From the human T2T-CHM13v2.0 reference genome, Homo sapiens, in NCBI RefSeq assembly GCF_009914755.1, contig NC_060926.1: a DNA stretch of 64,000 nt, one strand, 5' to 3'. Under the pieces are notes generated by a model that worked only from the letters and a program-made list of their open reading frames with translations, searched no databases and had not been told where the DNA came from. Shown here in pieces: positions 56,960 through 64,000 of this stretch (position 1 is the stretch's first letter; each line of letters opens with the position of its first letter). The translations under genes and the position numbers were made by a program.

Positions 56960-57022
56960 AGACCATCCAGACTAGGAAGAAACTGCATCAACTAACGAGC
57001 AAAATCACCAGCTAACATCATA

Positions 57023-60840
<3,818 letters not shown>

Positions 60841-62659
60841 ACAATGAGAACACATGGACACAGGAAGGGGAACATCACACTCTGGGGACTGTTGTGGGGT
60901 GGGGGGAGGGGGGAGGGATAGCATTAGGAGATATACCTAATGCTAAATGACGAGTTAATGGGTGCAGCACACCAACATGGCACATGTATACATATATAAC
61001 AAACCTGCACATTGTGCACATGTACCCTAAAACTTCAAGTATAATAAAAATAAAATTAAAAAAAAGAGTAGCTCTAAAAATAGATTAACTAAATTAATAC
61101 TTACATCTTAAGCTTACTCAGAAGGCAAACTTGATACCTAAATTTAAAAGCCCACAAATGATGTAAATATGTTGTCTATTCGCATTAGTGATTGTTGAGA
61201 GGGAAAATTTTCCATGACATTATCTAACATAACAGTGTTTGTAAATACAACTAATATCCTAAGATCCTGTATATCTTCTTTTCAAAATAGTATAGCATTC
61301 ATTAAACTTATAGAAAACAATGCATTCTTAAAACGAACACTTATAAGTTCTTCATTGGAAGCCGGAAAAGACAAAGACCCTAAAATAAATAAGAAAACCT
61401 CTCTATAACACATCTACAGAGTAAAGTTGAATATCTAGAAACACAATTCTCAAAATTGAATGAAGTTGAGATTTCATCTTTGAGTTCAACATTTTTTCAA
61501 AAGTTAAAACAACTAAAATTAGTTAAACTTTTAAAAATAGAAAATGGTCATACTATAAGATTATTTTAGGTCATAAATAAAATTCCAGAAAAATCCACAA
61601 TAACATTTTAATTCTTTGAAGAAATTAGGTAAATTTACAGGGATTTAGATACAGAAGGCTTATTTTTGTACAATTTTACTTTCAATTACTCAATTAAAAA
61701 TAGAACTCTTGTCAATAGAGTAAAATTTTTATTTACCTCATTTTTGAATTTGCTTTCAGGATTCATGATGAAATGTAAAACATGTCTTTCTGTGATAATT
61801 TCTAAAAGCCTCATTTTATTAGAATAGATGAATAGAATAGAACACTTTAATTTTTCAAACTCAGTTTTCGTACCAAGCATAGTATAGCCAATTGCTTGGC
61901 ATCATAAAATATAATAATATCTATGTCTCCAATTTGCTATTAAATAATACATAACACTTGGTTCTTTGTTGCATAAAATATCATGTTTTAAATCGTATTG
62001 AAATTTTAATTTTTTCTTAAAATCTTAATTATATTTATGCATTAAAAGTAAATAAGAACTTCTTTATAAATTAAACACATCATGGAGAAAAATATATCAA
62101 TAATATACAGTAGATTTCAAAAAACTGAAAAAAGCTATTTAAATAAATTTTGAGAAAAATCATTAATGTATAACATATATATTCATGCATTTATATATTT
62201 ATTATGTATTAACCATATCTAGATACGGTGCCAAGATTTTTACATAGTTATCATAAGGATTTTCATACTTTATAACTCTCAATATTTTTTGATGGTAGAG
62301 TTAAAAAAACTATTTGCTTTGGATTTAATTTTCATAAAAACTGTTAACATTATCTGTGAAAAATTTCATGTTCCATAAAAAATGGATAAATTTCCAGATT
62401 TAGAATAAGGAGGAACTTAGAGATCTTCTATACCTGTTATAGACCCTCAAATTTGTTAATAAAAAACTGAAGTCCAGAGAGTTTAATTTGCTTGACTACC
62501 AAGCATTTTGTTACTTATTTTATCATTTATTTACATAAAGGACTTCAATACAACTATAATGCAACTAGTAGTGGAAGTAGTACTCAAACCATTGTGTCTC
62601 AACTCCCAGGCCAATGCTCTGTCCGACATTTTACATGGTATTTTATTCATTTTAAAAAA

Positions 62660-62830
62660 TCTTCATTTTGAGATAATTTCAGACTAATACAAGAGTTTAA
62701 AAAGTAATACAGTGTTCCCATATACCTTTCATTCAACTTCCTGTAATGTTACGTCATACCCATATTAAATTAATAGAATTAAGGGAAAACATTAATATAA
62801 TATAATACTAGCGCTGAACTACAGACTTAA
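62660..62830 (-). mobile_element. L1MC-like 3' end
   Basis: ttttgagataatttcagact...cccatatacctttcattcaacttcc...aactacagactt. Confidence 0.65.
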
Positions 62831-62834
62831 AAAT

Positions 62835-63073
62835 ATCAGAGTAGGCAAAAAGATAGATACAACAAATAGATTAGTTGCCAGGGCTGGCGGGAGGGGAGAG
62901 TGGTGAGTGACAGCTTGGTATGTATGGGGTGTCCTTTTGCAATGATGAAAATGTTTTGGAAGTAGAGAGAGATAATTGTTGCACAACATTGTAAATGCAC
63001 TCAATGCCATTTGCGTGTACCCTTTAAAATGGCCAATTGTATGTTGTGTGAATTTTTCTTCAATTAAAAAAAT
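62835..63073 (+). mobile_element. L1MB-like 3' end
   Basis: gttgccagggctgg...gatgaaaatgttttggaagtaga...gttgcacaacattgtaaatgcactcaatgcca...caattaaaaaaa. Confidence 0.88.
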
Positions 63074-63079
63074 GATGGA

Positions 63080-63600
63080 GGGGGTTGTTGCAATAGGCTT
63101 TTACAGTAGTTTAGATGAGAGACATTGATAGCTTAGACTCCCCTGGGAGGAGTGAAGGTAAATAAATTGAAGAATTGAGGGCTGTTTAGGAAAGAAAATT
63201 GTGATAATTGGTGATGGCTTAGGTATGGTAGTACAGAAAAACATGGGTTTAAAAACATGGAGTGAGTGATTTCTTCTGAATAGATTTTGGTGGCTTTATT
63301 GATATTAGCATCATCAATGGAAAATCAAGTTAACAGACAAATACTGTGGGTCTGGGTTTGGACAGTTGGTTTTGAGGAGTTTTTGACACATCTAGGCAGA
63401 AGTAATGAATAGCTAGGTGAATATAGAGGTCTGGTGTTCAAGGGAGTCACTGGTATAGTTGGAGATTTCTAGCAATATTCAGTGAAGTTAGGGACACTGA
63501 GCTCATTGATTGGTTTAGTAAAAGATGTTTTTTCTTTGTCTTCATGTGAGAGGAGGGGTGACTGGACTAGATTGAGGAGTGAAAAAGAGTTGATAATTCA
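63080..63600 (-). mobile_element. L2 fragment
   Basis: agatgagagacattgatagcttagact...gacatctagg...atatagaggtctggtgttcaaggga. Confidence 0.6.
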
Positions 63601-63758
63601 AACATTATAGTATGAATATTTCTTAGATTCACATGCTACTAGCTACCTTCTTCTGGACAATCTGCTACCACTTTGAACATAGTTCTAGGAATACATGTAT
63701 CAGAGGAAAAAAAAAAGATGGATTGTTGATTTGTTTACCTTGATATACTGTAAGTTAC

Positions 63759-64000
63759 TGATATGGTTTAGATTTGTGTCCCTACCCAAATCTCATCTTG
63801 AACTGTAAGCACCACGTGTCGGGGGAGGGGCCTGGTAGGAGGTGACTGAATCTTAGAGGTGGACTTCCTCGTGCTGTTCTCCTGCTACTGGGTGAGTTCT
63901 CAGGAGATCCAGTGGTCTGAAAGTGTGACACTTTCTCTCTCACTCTCTCTCTCTCCTGCTCTGCCATGGGAAGATGTGCCTTGGTTCCCCTTTGCCTTCC
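63759..64000 (+). mobile_element. MSTA-like (MaLR) LTR, runs off the window end
   Basis: tgatatggtttagatttgtgtccctacccaaatctcatcttgaactgtaa...gatgtgccttggttcccctttgccttcc. Confidence 0.92.

Noticed and set aside
60896-60917. G-quadruplex motif
   Set aside because: Standard polypurine tract of the L1PA 3'UTR; not locus-specific.
62660-63073. Adjacent opposite-strand L1 3' ends as a third inversion
   Set aside because: The pieces look like termini of different subfamilies (MC-like versus MB-like), so independent insertions are more likely.

Overview
AT-rich, repeat-dense primate (very probably human or great ape) non-coding genomic DNA. I found no host protein-coding exon, RNA gene, CpG island or CRISPR array, and no evidence of an undescribed biological system. 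The window is a layered record of transposable elements. It holds two TSD-bounded, end-to-end but inactivated L1s on the + strand (L1PA7/8-like at 37576-43523 and L1PA4-like at 54898-61062) and a complete decayed Hsmar2 mariner split by an L1 3' end. It also has an internally deleted MADE1, MER3, solo LTRs (MLT2, MST, MLT1, LTR47-like), about 11 Alus, many old L1M/L2/MIR fragments and simple repeats. The ORFs are L1 or Hsmar2 remnants, Alu or low-complexity read-throughs, or short chance ORFs. The most notable structures are a ~150-bp non-tandem local duplication of an L1/AluJ junction, two old 5'-inverted (twin-priming-type) L1s, and a 17-bp tandem duplication inside the ZNF93-targeted 5'UTR segment of the L1PA4. 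Subfamily names come from recalled consensus sequences, not from a search. Boundaries of old elements are approximate.
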